This document shows positions 9,080-18,654 of a stretch of DNA of 64,000 bases, one piece after another. Below the pieces are notes generated by a model. The model saw only the letters and a list, made by a program, of their open reading frames with translations. It did no database searches and was not told the DNA's origin. Position numbers and translations under genes: made by a program. Within the stretch, counting starts at the first letter, position 1, and every line of letters begins with the position of its first letter. The DNA is from an uncultured delta proteobacterium (lineage in GTDB: Bacteria; Myxococcota_A; UBA9160; SZUA-336): NCBI GenBank assembly GCA_963704165.1, contig CAVPHD010000007.1, positions 96,001 through 160,000 of the forward strand, given 5' to 3'.

Positions 9080-9944
9080 GTCGAGGCTGATCCGGACCTG
9101 CGCGGAGCTCCAGCTCTGGAGCGACGAGACGCGGGCGGCCGGGCGGCGCATCGCACTGGTCCCGACGATGGGTGCGCTTCACGAAGGGCATCTCTCGCTC
9201 GTGCAGACCGCCCATCGCCTCGCGGATCGCGTGGTGGTGTCGATCTTCGTCAACCCGACCCAGTTCGGTCCCACGGAGGACTTCGCGCGCTATCCGCGCG
9301 ACCTCGAGCGCGACCTCGAGAGCCTGCGCAAGGTCGGCACGGACGTCGTGTTCACGCCGTCGGTCGAGGAGATCTACCCGAACGGTGACGCGACCTGGGT
9401 GACCGTAGAGCGGCTCACGTCGGGATTGTGCGGGAGCAGCCGGCCCGGGCACTTCCGCGGCGTGACGACGGTCGTTGCGCGATTGCTCCACGCCGCGCGT
9501 CCACACGTCGCGATCTTCGGTGAGAAGGACTACCAACAGCTCGCCGTCATCCGGAGGATGGCGCGCGATCTGTGCTTCGGCGTCGAGATCGTCGGTGGCC
9601 CGATCGTGCGCGAGCCGGACGGACTGGCAATGAGCTCGCGCAACGCGTTCCTGTCACCGCGCGCACGTCAACAGGCCACGGCCTTGAACGCCTCGCTGCA
9701 CGAGGCGCGTGCGCTCGTTCGCGCGGGCGTGCGCGATGCGGCCAGTGTCTGTGCGACGGCACGCCAGCGAATCGAAAAGGAACCCCTCGCCGAGATCGAC
9801 TACGTGCAGCTCGTCGACGCGGAAAGCCTCGAGCCGGTGCGCGAGGTGAACGGGCGGACGCTCCTCGCGCTCGCGGTCCGCTTCGAAACCACCCGCCTGA
9901 TCGACAACGCGATCCTGGAGGTCCCCGGATGCTCCTCACGCTGA
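9063..9944 (+). CDS. panC: Pantoate--beta-alanine ligase
   Basis: [43 protein letters not shown] and RLIDN motifs; ATG 9063 overlaps the panB end. Confidence 0.97.
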   Translation: MLNRTESRLIRTCAELQLWSDETRAAGRRIALVPTMGALHEGHLSLVQTAHRLADRVVVSIFVNPTQFGPTEDFARYPRDLERDLESLRKVGTDVVFTPSVEEIYPNGDATWVTVERLTSGLCGSSRPGHFRGVTTVVARLLHAARPHVAIFGEKDYQQLAVIRRMARDLCFGVEIVGGPIVREPDGLAMSSRNAFLSPRARQQATALNASLHEARALVRAGVRDAASVCATARQRIEKEPLAEIDYVQLVDAESLEPVREVNGRTLLALAVRFETTRLIDNAILEVPGCSSR

Positions 9945-10276
9945 TGAAGTCGAAGATCCATCGTGCGACCGTGACCGATGCGAACCTCGAGTACGAGGGA
10001 TCGATCACGATCGATGCAGAACTCGCCCGGGCCGCCGATCTCTTCCCCAACGAGCGCGTCGAGATCTACGACGTGACCAACGGCTCCCGGCTCGCGACCT
10101 ACGTGATTCACGGCGAGCCGGGCAGCGGCGTGATCGGCATCAACGGTGCGGCCGCACACCTGGTGAAGCCGGGGGATCTCGTGATCATCGCGAGCTACGC
10201 GCAGATGACGACGGACGAGGCGCGCGACCATCAGCCGCGAGTCTGCTTCGTCGACGGGCAGAACGCCCTCCGCTAG
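9929..10276 (+). CDS. panD: Aspartate 1-decarboxylase proenzyme
   Basis: [19 protein letters not shown] (Gly-Ser autocleavage), INGAAAH. Confidence 0.97.
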   Translation: MLLTLMKSKIHRATVTDANLEYEGSITIDAELARAADLFPNERVEIYDVTNGSRLATYVIHGEPGSGVIGINGAAAHLVKPGDLVIIASYAQMTTDEARDHQPRVCFVDGQNALR

Positions 10277-10287
10277 GCTGCCGGGGC

Positions 10288-10758
10288 TTGGCCGAGCCCG
10301 CCCGAAAATCGATCTGCAAGAACCGCAAAGCGCGCTTTCAGTACCAGATCGACGAGACCGTCGAAGCGGGTCTGGTGCTGACCGGTTCCGAGGTGAAGTC
10401 GCTCCGTGCGGGAGCCGCCAACCTCTCCGATGCCTACGCGCAGGTTCGAGGCAGCGAGGTGTACCTGATGAAGGCGCACATCGCGCCCTACACGAATGCG
10501 GGTCGCGAGAACCACCTGCCCGAGCGTCCGCGCAAGCTGCTCCTGCACCGGCGCGAGATCGATCGACTCGGCGGGCGCCTGCGCGAGAAGGGCCTCACGC
10601 TCGTTCCGATCGAGCTCTACTTCAAGGAGGGGCGGGCCAAGGTCGAGCTCGGGCTCGGGCGCGGAAAGAAGCTGCACGACAAGCGCGAGTCGATCGCCAC
10701 CCGCGAGTCGGAGCGGCGTGTCCGCCAGGCGGTTCGGCGCCGCGCCAAGCGAGGATGA
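10288..10758 (+). CDS. smpB: SsrA-binding protein SmpB
   Basis: NRKARF, EAGLVLTGSEVKSLR, RKLLLH and GKKLHDKRE motifs; TTG start. Confidence 0.96.
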   Translation: MAEPARKSICKNRKARFQYQIDETVEAGLVLTGSEVKSLRAGAANLSDAYAQVRGSEVYLMKAHIAPYTNAGRENHLPERPRKLLLHRREIDRLGGRLREKGLTLVPIELYFKEGRAKVELGLGRGKKLHDKRESIATRESERRVRQAVRRRAKRG

Positions 10759-12017
10759 GCCGGCTCCTGGCGGCTGCGGTCTCGGCCGGACTGCTCGTCG
10801 GGTGCGAAACCGCGGAGCCACGGTACGAGCCGAGTCGCTGGGACTACTGGAGCTTCCGCGCTCGGGTCGGGGAGCTCGCCGAGCCGAACTACCTTCCCTG
10901 GGTCATGCACCGCGAACCCCTGCCCGGCGGGGGAGTGGCGCTCGTCGCTTGCCGTTGGCCGGACGCGGCGTTCCCGCTGCGCTACTTCGTGGTTCCGCCG
11001 CGATTTCCCGAACCGAGTGAAGACGAGGATCGAAGGCGCGACCCGGCCGACTACGTGCGCGCCGTCGACGAGGCGTTCGCCTCCTGGCAGCGTGCGATCG
11101 GTCCGCCGGTGCATTTCGAGCGCGTCGATCGGCGGGAGGATGCCGCGATCGAGATCGCGCTCGAGGCTCGGGTCCAGGAGGTGGACGAGGGCGCGGTGCT
11201 CGGCGTCGTGCGTGGCGAGAGCTCGCGCTGCCACGTGGAGGCGTTGGGTCCGACACCGGATCGTGTCGAGATCCGCTTCGCCCCGAGCGAGGCGACGATC
11301 TTCATCGCCGACTCGATGGGATGGCTGACGCAGCGCCAGGTTCGCGCGGTCGCGTTGCACGAGATTGGCCACCTGCTCGGCGTCTCCGGTCAGCACAGTC
11401 CACTCGCGGGCGACGTGATGTACGCCGTCGCCGGAGATCGACGCATCGAGGCGCTCTCGGAGCACGATCGCGGCTCGCTTCGCGCTCTCTACGCGGTCCC
11501 GCCCGGCTCCGTCTTCGCGCGCGTGGGCGAGCCTCGTGAGGAGCCGCTCTCCGCGGTCAAGCGGGGACCCCCGAAGCTCGCGGGCGAAACGGTCGACGCT
11601 CGCAACGGTTTCCGAGTGCGCTTCCCGGTCGGCTGGCAGGTGATCCGCGCGCCGAACGGTTGGATCGCGGTCGATGGTGTGTCGTGGGACTACGACGCCT
11701 CGATTCAGGTCGTCGCGTCGCGCGGGACGCCGGGCGCGCACTTGTCCGTACTTGCCGGTCGTGGACTCGCGCACGGCGACGATCTGAGCTCGGAAGTCTT
11801 CGAGCTCGATGGCGAGTCGATCGCGCGGATCGTCACTCGCGGCAGCGAGCGCGCGGAGCAGACCGACGTGATCCGCTGGCGCGACGGCTGGGTCTTGATC
11901 GTGATCGCGGATTCCCGGTCGCGCGACTTCGCCCTGTATCAGCCCTGGTTCCAGCTCGTGCTGCTCTCGCTCGAGCCGCTCGACGGGACGGAGATCGGCT
12001 CAGGACGCCCGCAATAG
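10755..12017 (+). CDS. Lipoprotein with matrixin-like (metzincin) Zn-protease domain and an extra C-terminal domain
   Basis: Lipobox LLVGC; HEIGHLLGVSGQH followed by a Met-turn (DVMY); ATGA-coupled to smpB. Confidence 0.75.
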   Translation: MSRLLAAAVSAGLLVGCETAEPRYEPSRWDYWSFRARVGELAEPNYLPWVMHREPLPGGGVALVACRWPDAAFPLRYFVVPPRFPEPSEDEDRRRDPADYVRAVDEAFASWQRAIGPPVHFERVDRREDAAIEIALEARVQEVDEGAVLGVVRGESSRCHVEALGPTPDRVEIRFAPSEATIFIADSMGWLTQRQVRAVALHEIGHLLGVSGQHSPLAGDVMYAVAGDRRIEALSEHDRGSLRALYAVPPGSVFARVGEPREEPLSAVKRGPPKLAGETVDARNGFRVRFPVGWQVIRAPNGWIAVDGVSWDYDASIQVVASRGTPGAHLSVLAGRGLAHGDDLSSEVFELDGESIARIVTRGSERAEQTDVIRWRDGWVLIVIADSRSRDFALYQPWFQLVLLSLEPLDGTEIGSGRPQ

Positions 12018-12647
12018 ACCGCGGAAGCTCCAGGTGATGCCGATGGCGACCGCGACAATCGCCCCGGCGACGATCAGATTGGCGATCGATGGCTCCGCCG
12101 CGGCTCGTCCCAAGAAGGTGAAGACACCGGAGCGCGGGAGAAAGCCGACCCCGATCGCGGCGCAGAAGGGCGCGAGGCGCATGCGCGAGACGCCGGCGCT
12201 CGCGTAGATCGGCGTCAGCGGCGAGATCGGAACCGCGGTGTAGAGCGCGAGCCAGGGCATGCCGCGATTCGCGAGCAGATCGTCGAAGATCCGCAGGACG
12301 CTGCCGAGCCGCGACTGCACGGCGTCGCGGCCGAAGGCGCGTGCGATGCCGAAGATCAGGGCGCCGCCGACCAGTCCCCCGATCGCGCCGTAGATCGCGC
12401 CGAGCCAGGGTCCGAAGAGCATTCCGCACGCGAAGAGCACCAGCCACGAGGGAAGCCAGAGAAAGGGTCGGAACGCCATGATCGCGACGAAGGCGAGCGG
12501 TCCGAAGACGCCGAGCGCGGCGATGTGATCGCGAAGCGCTTCTGCCTTCCACTCGAGCCCGGAGTGGACGTGAAGCCAGTAGAAGCCGCCCGCGCCGATC
12601 GCGACGACGACGGCGGAGAGCAGTTGTTCGATTCGATGTCGCGTCAA
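12000..12647 (-). CDS. TVP38/TMEM64 (DedA superfamily, VTT domain) membrane protein
   Basis: Hydrophobic throughout; RPFLWLPS..GMLFGPWLG and YASAGVSRM patterns. Confidence 0.8.
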   Translation of the reverse strand: MTRHRIEQLLSAVVVAIGAGGFYWLHVHSGLEWKAEALRDHIAALGVFGPLAFVAIMAFRPFLWLPSWLVLFACGMLFGPWLGAIYGAIGGLVGGALIFGIARAFGRDAVQSRLGSVLRIFDDLLANRGMPWLALYTAVPISPLTPIYASAGVSRMRLAPFCAAIGVGFLPRSGVFTFLGRAAAEPSIANLIVAGAIVAVAIGITWSFRGLLRAS

Positions 12648-13792
12648 CGAGGACTCCCCGATACTCGGAGCAGCAGACCCTTCAGGTACTCGCCCTGCGG
12701 ATGGCGCAGCGACACGGGGTGATCGGGGGGCGCGCCGAGAATCGAGAGGACCTGCACCTCGCGCCCGGCGTCGTGCGCGGCCGAGAACACGACCTTGCGG
12801 AACAACTCGGGCTCCACGTGATGCGAGCAGCTGAAGGTGAGCACGTGCGCACCGTCGGAAACGCGGCGAAGCGCGCGCAGATTCAGGTCCTTGTACGCGC
12901 GACAGGCGGCGTTGACGTCGCGCTTGCGCTTTGCGAACGGCGGTGGGTCGACCGAGACGAGATCGAACGCGCGCGTGTCCTTGCGCAGGAACTCGTTGAC
13001 GTCGCCCGAGACGATCTCGCAGCCCGGCGCGTTGCGCTCGAGCAACTTCACGGCCTGCTCCGAGGATTCCACCGCCACGACTTCAACCGCGCCCCCGGTC
13101 TGTGCCGCGCGCGCGAAGCCACCGGTGTGCGCGAAGAGATCGAGCGCGCGAGCTCCGGTGGCGAGTCGCGCGAAGAGATCACGTGCATCGCGCTGGTCGA
13201 GGTAGAAGCCGGTCTTCTGGCCGTGCCGCAGATCGACCTGATAGCGACGCCCCCGCTCCTCGATCTCCAAGGGCTCGGTCGGAACATCGCCGCAGAGCAC
13301 GGCGCCGGGAATGCCCTCTGCACGCAGCCAGGCGCCGCGCGAGCCCGTCTTCGCGGTCAGGATCTCCCCGATCTGCGCCGCGCGACGCAGCATCGCGGGC
13401 GTGCCGACGCGAACGCTGAGCCAGTCGCCGTAGCGATCGACGGTGAGCCCCGGCAGCCCGTCGGCCTCCGAGTGCATGAGCCGAAGCGCGTCGGTCCCTT
13501 GCAGCAACGGATGCGCAACTCGCCAGGCGAGCGCGTGCTCGAGCGAGTCCGCGAGCCAGGCCCGCTCGTCGATCTCGTCCTTGCCGAACGAGAGCAGTCG
13601 CACCCGGATCTGCGCATCCGGGTCCCAATCGCCGATCCCGAGCCGCGTGCCTGCCGGATCGCAGACCTGCACCAATTCACCCGGAGCGGGCTCTCCATCG
13701 ACGCGTCCGACGCTGCCCGAGAGCAGCCAGGGGTGACCGAGAGCGACGGATCGCTCGCGTCCCGGCCGCAATACGACGCTCGCGAGCTTCAC
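12644..13792 (-). CDS. RlmI-like SAM-dependent rRNA m5C methyltransferase with PUA domain
   Basis: GHPW, HSEADGLPGLTVDRY, GQKTGFYLDQR, DPPPF, FSCS and EYLKG motifs. Confidence 0.9.
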   Translation of the reverse strand: MKLASVVLRPGRERSVALGHPWLLSGSVGRVDGEPAPGELVQVCDPAGTRLGIGDWDPDAQIRVRLLSFGKDEIDERAWLADSLEHALAWRVAHPLLQGTDALRLMHSEADGLPGLTVDRYGDWLSVRVGTPAMLRRAAQIGEILTAKTGSRGAWLRAEGIPGAVLCGDVPTEPLEIEERGRRYQVDLRHGQKTGFYLDQRDARDLFARLATGARALDLFAHTGGFARAAQTGGAVEVVAVESSEQAVKLLERNAPGCEIVSGDVNEFLRKDTRAFDLVSVDPPPFAKRKRDVNAACRAYKDLNLRALRRVSDGAHVLTFSCSHHVEPELFRKVVFSAAHDAGREVQVLSILGAPPDHPVSLRHPQGEYLKGLLLRVSGSPR

Positions 13793-13816
13793 TTCGATCT
13801 CCTCGGGGACGTCGTC

Positions 13817-13844
13817 TTGACGCGCATGGGGGGCCGCTTAGTAT
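13817..13844 (+). promoter_or_regulatory. sigma70-type promoter of ssrA
   Basis: TTGACG-N16-TAGTAT ending 14 nt before the mature tmRNA 5' end. Confidence 0.6.
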
Positions 13845-13858
13845 GCCAAACGTTCCTT

Positions 13859-14219
13859 GGGGGCGATCGGTTTCGACGGATGGTCGAGGTCGTCCGCTGC
13901 GTGCCGAGGTGCCGAATCCTCGAAAAACTTGCGGCAAAGCCAATCTAATTGGCGACAACACTCTCGCTCTCGCTGCCTAGCTAATACCTAGAGCAACGAG
14001 CACGCCCGCGCCCGATGTCTGCTGAGGCGCGGGGGTGTCATACCAGCAGGCTGGTCCAAGTCCTCGTCGGGGGGAGGCGGACGAGAAAACACCCGACTCG
14101 CGACCGGCTCGGCGCGTGCCGAAGCCAGGCCGGCCGCTAAAACAAACACGGCGCTACGCACGTAGACGCGGGCGGAAGACGCCATTCGGACCCGGGTTCA
14201 ATTCCCGGCGCCTCCACCA
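13859..14219 (+). ncRNA. ssrA: tmRNA
   Basis: 5' GGGGGCGATCGGTTTCGAC; 3' T-arm CCGGGTTCAATTCCCGG plus CGCCTCC-ACCA with G3.U alanine determinant; tag ORF GDNTLALAA-TAG at 13951-13980. Confidence 0.97.
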
Positions 14220-14334
14220 CCCGAACCACGCGATCCCGTCACCGCGAACGGACGGAGCGGTCGCGCGCGCGGGCCAATCCCAAATTCTCGCGGATGGCTT
14301 GTATCTTTCCGCTTCCACCGACGAGGAGAGTGAG

Positions 14335-15661
14335 ATGGCCGGTCTCGAGACCACCCCCGAGATGTTCGACCTGCGGATGTCCGAGCGCGCGAAGCCGCTG
14401 CTCGAGCGCGTGAAGGAATTCGTCGCGAAAGAGGTCGACCCGATCACGCACGAGTTCTACCGGCTCGGCGAGAACCGCGCGGAGCGCTGGTCGTGGGCGC
14501 CGGGGCAGCTCGAGCTGCTCGACGGCGTGAAGGCGAAGGCCAAGGCGAACGGGCTCTGGAACTTCTTCCTGCCCGACGCGGAAACGGGGCAGGGCCTCGC
14601 GAACCTCGACTACGCGTACATCGCGGCGGAGCTGGGCAAGAACCCGCTCGCGTCGGAGTGCCTGAACTGCTCCGCGCCCGACACCGGCAACATGGAGGTG
14701 CTCGAGCGCGTCGGCACGCCCGAGCAGAAGAAGCGCTGGCTCGAGCCGCTCCTGAACGGCGAGATCCGGTCCGCGTACGCGATGACCGAGCCCGACCTCG
14801 CGTCGTCGGACGCGAAGAACATCTCGTGCCGAGCCGTGCTCGACGGCGACGAGTGGGTGATCAACGGCGAGAAGTACTACATCTCGGGCGTCGGCGACCC
14901 GCGCTGCAAGATCATGATCGTGATGGTGCAGACGAATCCCGACGCGCCACCGCACCTGCGGCAGTCGCAGATCCTCGTGCCGACCGACGCGCCGCGGCTT
15001 CGAGATCCTCGGACCGATGCACGTCTTCGGGAAGGACGACGCGCCGCACGGCCACATGCACATCCGCTTCGACGACTGCCGCGTTCCGAAGGAGAACATC
15101 CTGCTCGGCGAGGGCCGCGGCTTCGAGATCTCGCAGGTGCGTCTCGGTCCAGGCCGCATCCACCACTGCATGCGCTCGATCGGCGCCGCGGAGCGCGCGA
15201 TCGAATTGATGGTCAAGCGCGGCCTGACGCGCGAGGCGTTCGGCAGGCGGCTCGCGAATCTCGGCAAGAACACGGAGCTGATCGCAAAGGCGCGGATCGA
15301 GATCGAGGCGATGCGCATGATGGTGCTCAAGGCCGCCAAGGCCATGGACGTGCTCGGGAACGCCCCGGCGCGCATCTGGGTGAGCGCGATCAAGGCGATG
15401 GTGCCCGAGCGCGTCTGCAAGATCATCGACGACGCGATCCAGATCCACGGCGCGACGGGGGTCTCGCAGTGGACGCCGCTCGCCGACATGTATGCGAGCC
15501 AGCGCACGCTTCGGCTCGCGGACGGTCCCGACGAGGTGCACTGGTACGTCGTCGGCCGTGCGGAGATCGCGCGCTGGGTCGAGGCGGGCGGGGGCCAGTA
15601 CGATCCGAAGTCGAGCTACGGCACGCGGGCCCACGAGGGCAAGGTCTTCACCGGCCCCTGA
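14335..15661 (+). CDS. Acyl-CoA dehydrogenase (ACAD10/11-like), one frameshift near 14990-15000
   Basis: GLWNFFLP, NCSAPDTGNMEVL and AMTEPDLASSDA in frame 1; GRGFEISQVRLGPGRIHHCMR and RLADGPDEVH in the next frame; one extra base joins them. Confidence 0.9.
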
Positions 15662-15685
15662 GAGAACCTGGATCCGCGCTTCGAG

Positions 15686-16108
15686 CTAGGCTGCCTTTCC
15701 GGCCGCGATCTGCGCCGCCAGGGAGAGCGCGTCCGCCAGCCGGGTGCAGTTGTAGGTCGAAAGCCCGTTTGCGCTCGCGGTCTTCGACCAGCGCTTCGCG
15801 CCCATCGCCGCCACCGCACTCGTGCCGAGGATGTTGATCACCGCGCGAATCCGGTTTCGAAGTCCGATCTCGACGCAGGCCGTCTCGATCCAGTTCAGGT
15901 CGGCTTGCGAGGGGACGCCGGGGTTCTTCGTCAGATCGACGACCCAGGTCAGTGAACCCGTCCGGCCGCATTCGTCGAGGCCCCGCTCCAGCGCTTCTCG
16001 CAGATGTGGCGTCGTCATGGAGATCCACGTTGCGACGAGCGCCTTCGCGTCGGGGTGATGCACGACGTCGACGGTTCCGGCGACCGAGAAGAGCGGTTGT
16101 CCCGCCAT
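15686..16108 (-). CDS. Hypothetical protein, possibly STAS/SEC14 (SpoIIAA-like) fold
   Basis: 140 aa ORF with GGAGG upstream and alternating beta/alpha pattern (WVVDL, DLNWI). Fold is a guess. Confidence 0.6.
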   Translation of the reverse strand: MAGQPLFSVAGTVDVVHHPDAKALVATWISMTTPHLREALERGLDECGRTGSLTWVVDLTKNPGVPSQADLNWIETACVEIGLRNRIRAVINILGTSAVAAMGAKRWSKTASANGLSTYNCTRLADALSLAAQIAAGKAA

Positions 16109-16251
16109 GGTCGAGGCCTCCCGATGAGATCCGTCGATGAAATCGGTCGGAGCATCGATCGCCTTGATGGCGATGTCCGGGCGCAGGTCGTTGTCGTCGC
16201 TGTCCGGTGTAGGTGCCTCCTGTCTCCGGTACGCGCTAAGCTAGCTCGTCC

Positions 16252-18654
16252 ATGCCGGTCTCTGTCGCTGACGGCCCGCACAGGCCGACGCCGCTCGCAC
16301 CGGGAGAGTTGCGCAGCATCGATGCGTGGTGGCGAGCGGCGAACTACCTGTCGGTCGGGCAGATCTATCTGCTCGACAATCCACTCCTGCGCGAGCCGCT
16401 GACTCTTTCGCACATCAAGCCGCGCCTGCTCGGGCACTGGGGGACGGCGCCGGGGCTGAATCTCGTCTACGCCCATCTGAACCGCGTCATCCGGAATCGC
16501 GATCTCGACGTCTTGTACGTGGCGGGGCCGGGGCACGGCGGTCCCGCGCTCGTGGCGAACACCTGGCTCGAAGGCAGCTACACCGACGTGTACCCGAACG
16601 TGCCGCAGGACGCGGGCGGCCTGCGCCTCTTGTTTCGGCAGTTCTCGTTTCCCGGTGGCGTGGGCAGCCACGTCACGCCCGAGACTCCCGGTTCGCTGCA
16701 CGAGGGTGGCGAGCTCGGCTACGCGCTCTCGCACGCGTACGGGGCGGCCTTCGACAACCCCGATCTGATCGTCGCGTGCGTGATCGGCGATGGCGAGGCG
16801 GAGACCGGCCCGCTGGCCGCGTCGTGGCACTCGAACAAGTTCCTGAATCCCGTCACCGACGGGGCGGTGCTGCCGATTCTGCACCTCAACGGCTATAAGA
16901 TCGCGAACCCCACCGTGCTCGCTCGCATTCCGACCGACGAGCTGCGCAGCCTGCTCGTCGGCTACGGATACGCGCCGCACTTCGTCTCCGGCGACGAGCC
17001 CGAATCGGTGCACCGGCAATTGGCCTCGACGCTCGACGCGGTGGTGGACGAGATCGCCGCGATCCAGCGAGCCGCGCGTGTCGACGGCGAGACCCGCCGG
17101 CCGGCGTGGCCGATGATCGTGCTCGAGACGCCGAAGGGATGGACCGGACCGAAGCAGGTCGACGGCAAGAAGACCGAGGGCTCGTGGCGTTCGCATCAAG
17201 TGCCGCTGGCCGACCTGGCCACGCGCCCCGATCACATCGAGCTCCTGCAGAAGTGGCTGCGCAGCTACCGGCCGGAGGAGCTCTTCGACGCCAGCGGTCG
17301 GCCCTGCGCCGAGATCCTCTCGCTGGCGCCGGCGGGCGCGCGCCGGATGGGCTCGAGCCCGCACGCCAACGGCGGCATGCTATTGCGCGATCTGCGTCTG
17401 CCCGGATTCGCGGACTACGCCGTCGAAGTCGAGCACGCGGGACAGGTCAAGGCCGAAGCGACGCGCGTGCTCGGTCACTACCTCCGCGACGTGATGCGCG
17501 CGAACGCGTCGCAGCGGAACTTCCGCGTCGTCGGCCCCGACGAGACCGCTTCCAATCGCCTGACGTCGCTTTTCGAGGCGACCTCGCGGGCCTGGAATGC
17601 GGAACGCATGCCCGACGACGAGCATCTGGCGCGCGATGGTCGCGTCCTGGAGATCCTCTCCGAGCACACCTGTCAGGGCTGGCTCGAGGGCTACCTGCTC
17701 TCGGGTCGCCACGGGTTGTTCTCCTGCTACGAGGCGTTCATCCACATCGTCGATTCGATGTTCAATCAACACGCCAAGTGGCTGAAGATGGCGGCGACGA
17801 TCCCGTGGCGGCGCCCGATCGCGTCGCTCAACATCCTGCTCACGTCACACGTCTGGCACCAGGACCACAACGGCTTCTCGCACCAGGACCCGGGCTTCAT
17901 CGATCTCGTGGTGAACAAGAAGGCCGACACGATTCGCGTCTACCTGCCGCCGGACGCCAATACGCTGCTCTGCGTGGCCGACACCTGTCTGCGATCGCGC
18001 GACCTGGTGAACGTGATCGTCGCGGGCAAGCAGCCACAGCTTCAGTGGCTCGGAATGGACGCGGCCTTGAAGCACTGCAGCGCGGGAATCGGCGTCTGGG
18101 AATGGGCGAGCAACGACCTGCGCGGCGAACCCGACGTCGTGATGGCCTGCGCCGGCGACGTGCCGACGCTGGAGACACTGGCGGCGGTGCAGATGCTGCG
18201 CGAACACGTGCCCGAGCTGCGCGTGCGCGTGATCAACGTCGTCGATCTGATGACGCTCCAACCGCGTGAAGAGCACCCGCACGGCCTGTCGAACTCCGAT
18301 TTCGACGCGCTCTTCACCCGGGACAAGCCGATCCTCTTCGCGTACCACGGCTACCCGTGGCTGATCCATCGCCTGACCTATCGGCGCACGAACCACGAGA
18401 ACCTGCACGTGCGCGGTTACAAGGAGGAAGGCACGACCACGACGCCGTTCGACATGACGGTTCTCAACGACCTCGATCGCTTTCATCTCTTCGGCGACGT
18501 CGCGGATCGCGTCTCCAAGCTGCAGTATCGCGCCGGTCACATGAAGCAATGGGTGCGCGACAAGCACATCGAGCACCGCCAGTACATCCTGGAGCACGGC
18601 GAGGACATGCCCGAAGTCCGCGACTGGACGTGGACCGGATCAGTCGGTCGCTGA
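16252..18654 (+). CDS. xfp: Xylulose-5-P/fructose-6-P phosphoketolase
   Basis: [45 protein letters not shown] and [14 protein letters not shown] motifs. Confidence 0.96.
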   Translation: MPVSVADGPHRPTPLAPGELRSIDAWWRAANYLSVGQIYLLDNPLLREPLTLSHIKPRLLGHWGTAPGLNLVYAHLNRVIRNRDLDVLYVAGPGHGGPALVANTWLEGSYTDVYPNVPQDAGGLRLLFRQFSFPGGVGSHVTPETPGSLHEGGELGYALSHAYGAAFDNPDLIVACVIGDGEAETGPLAASWHSNKFLNPVTDGAVLPILHLNGYKIANPTVLARIPTDELRSLLVGYGYAPHFVSGDEPESVHRQLASTLDAVVDEIAAIQRAARVDGETRRPAWPMIVLETPKGWTGPKQVDGKKTEGSWRSHQVPLADLATRPDHIELLQKWLRSYRPEELFDASGRPCAEILSLAPAGARRMGSSPHANGGMLLRDLRLPGFADYAVEVEHAGQVKAEATRVLGHYLRDVMRANASQRNFRVVGPDETASNRLTSLFEATSRAWNAERMPDDEHLARDGRVLEILSEHTCQGWLEGYLLSGRHGLFSCYEAFIHIVDSMFNQHAKWLKMAATIPWRRPIASLNILLTSHVWHQDHNGFSHQDPGFIDLVVNKKADTIRVYLPPDANTLLCVADTCLRSRDLVNVIVAGKQPQLQWLGMDAALKHCSAGIGVWEWASNDLRGEPDVVMACAGDVPTLETLAAVQMLREHVPELRVRVINVVDLMTLQPREEHPHGLSNSDFDALFTRDKPILFAYHGYPWLIHRLTYRRTNHENLHVRGYKEEGTTTTPFDMTVLNDLDRFHLFGDVADRVSKLQYRAGHMKQWVRDKHIEHRQYILEHGEDMPEVRDWTWTGSVGR

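Noticed and set aside
14985..15005. Programmed ribosomal frameshift in the acyl-CoA dehydrogenase or cgs genes
   Set aside because: No slippery sequence, and indels cluster across unrelated genes, which fits sequencing error.
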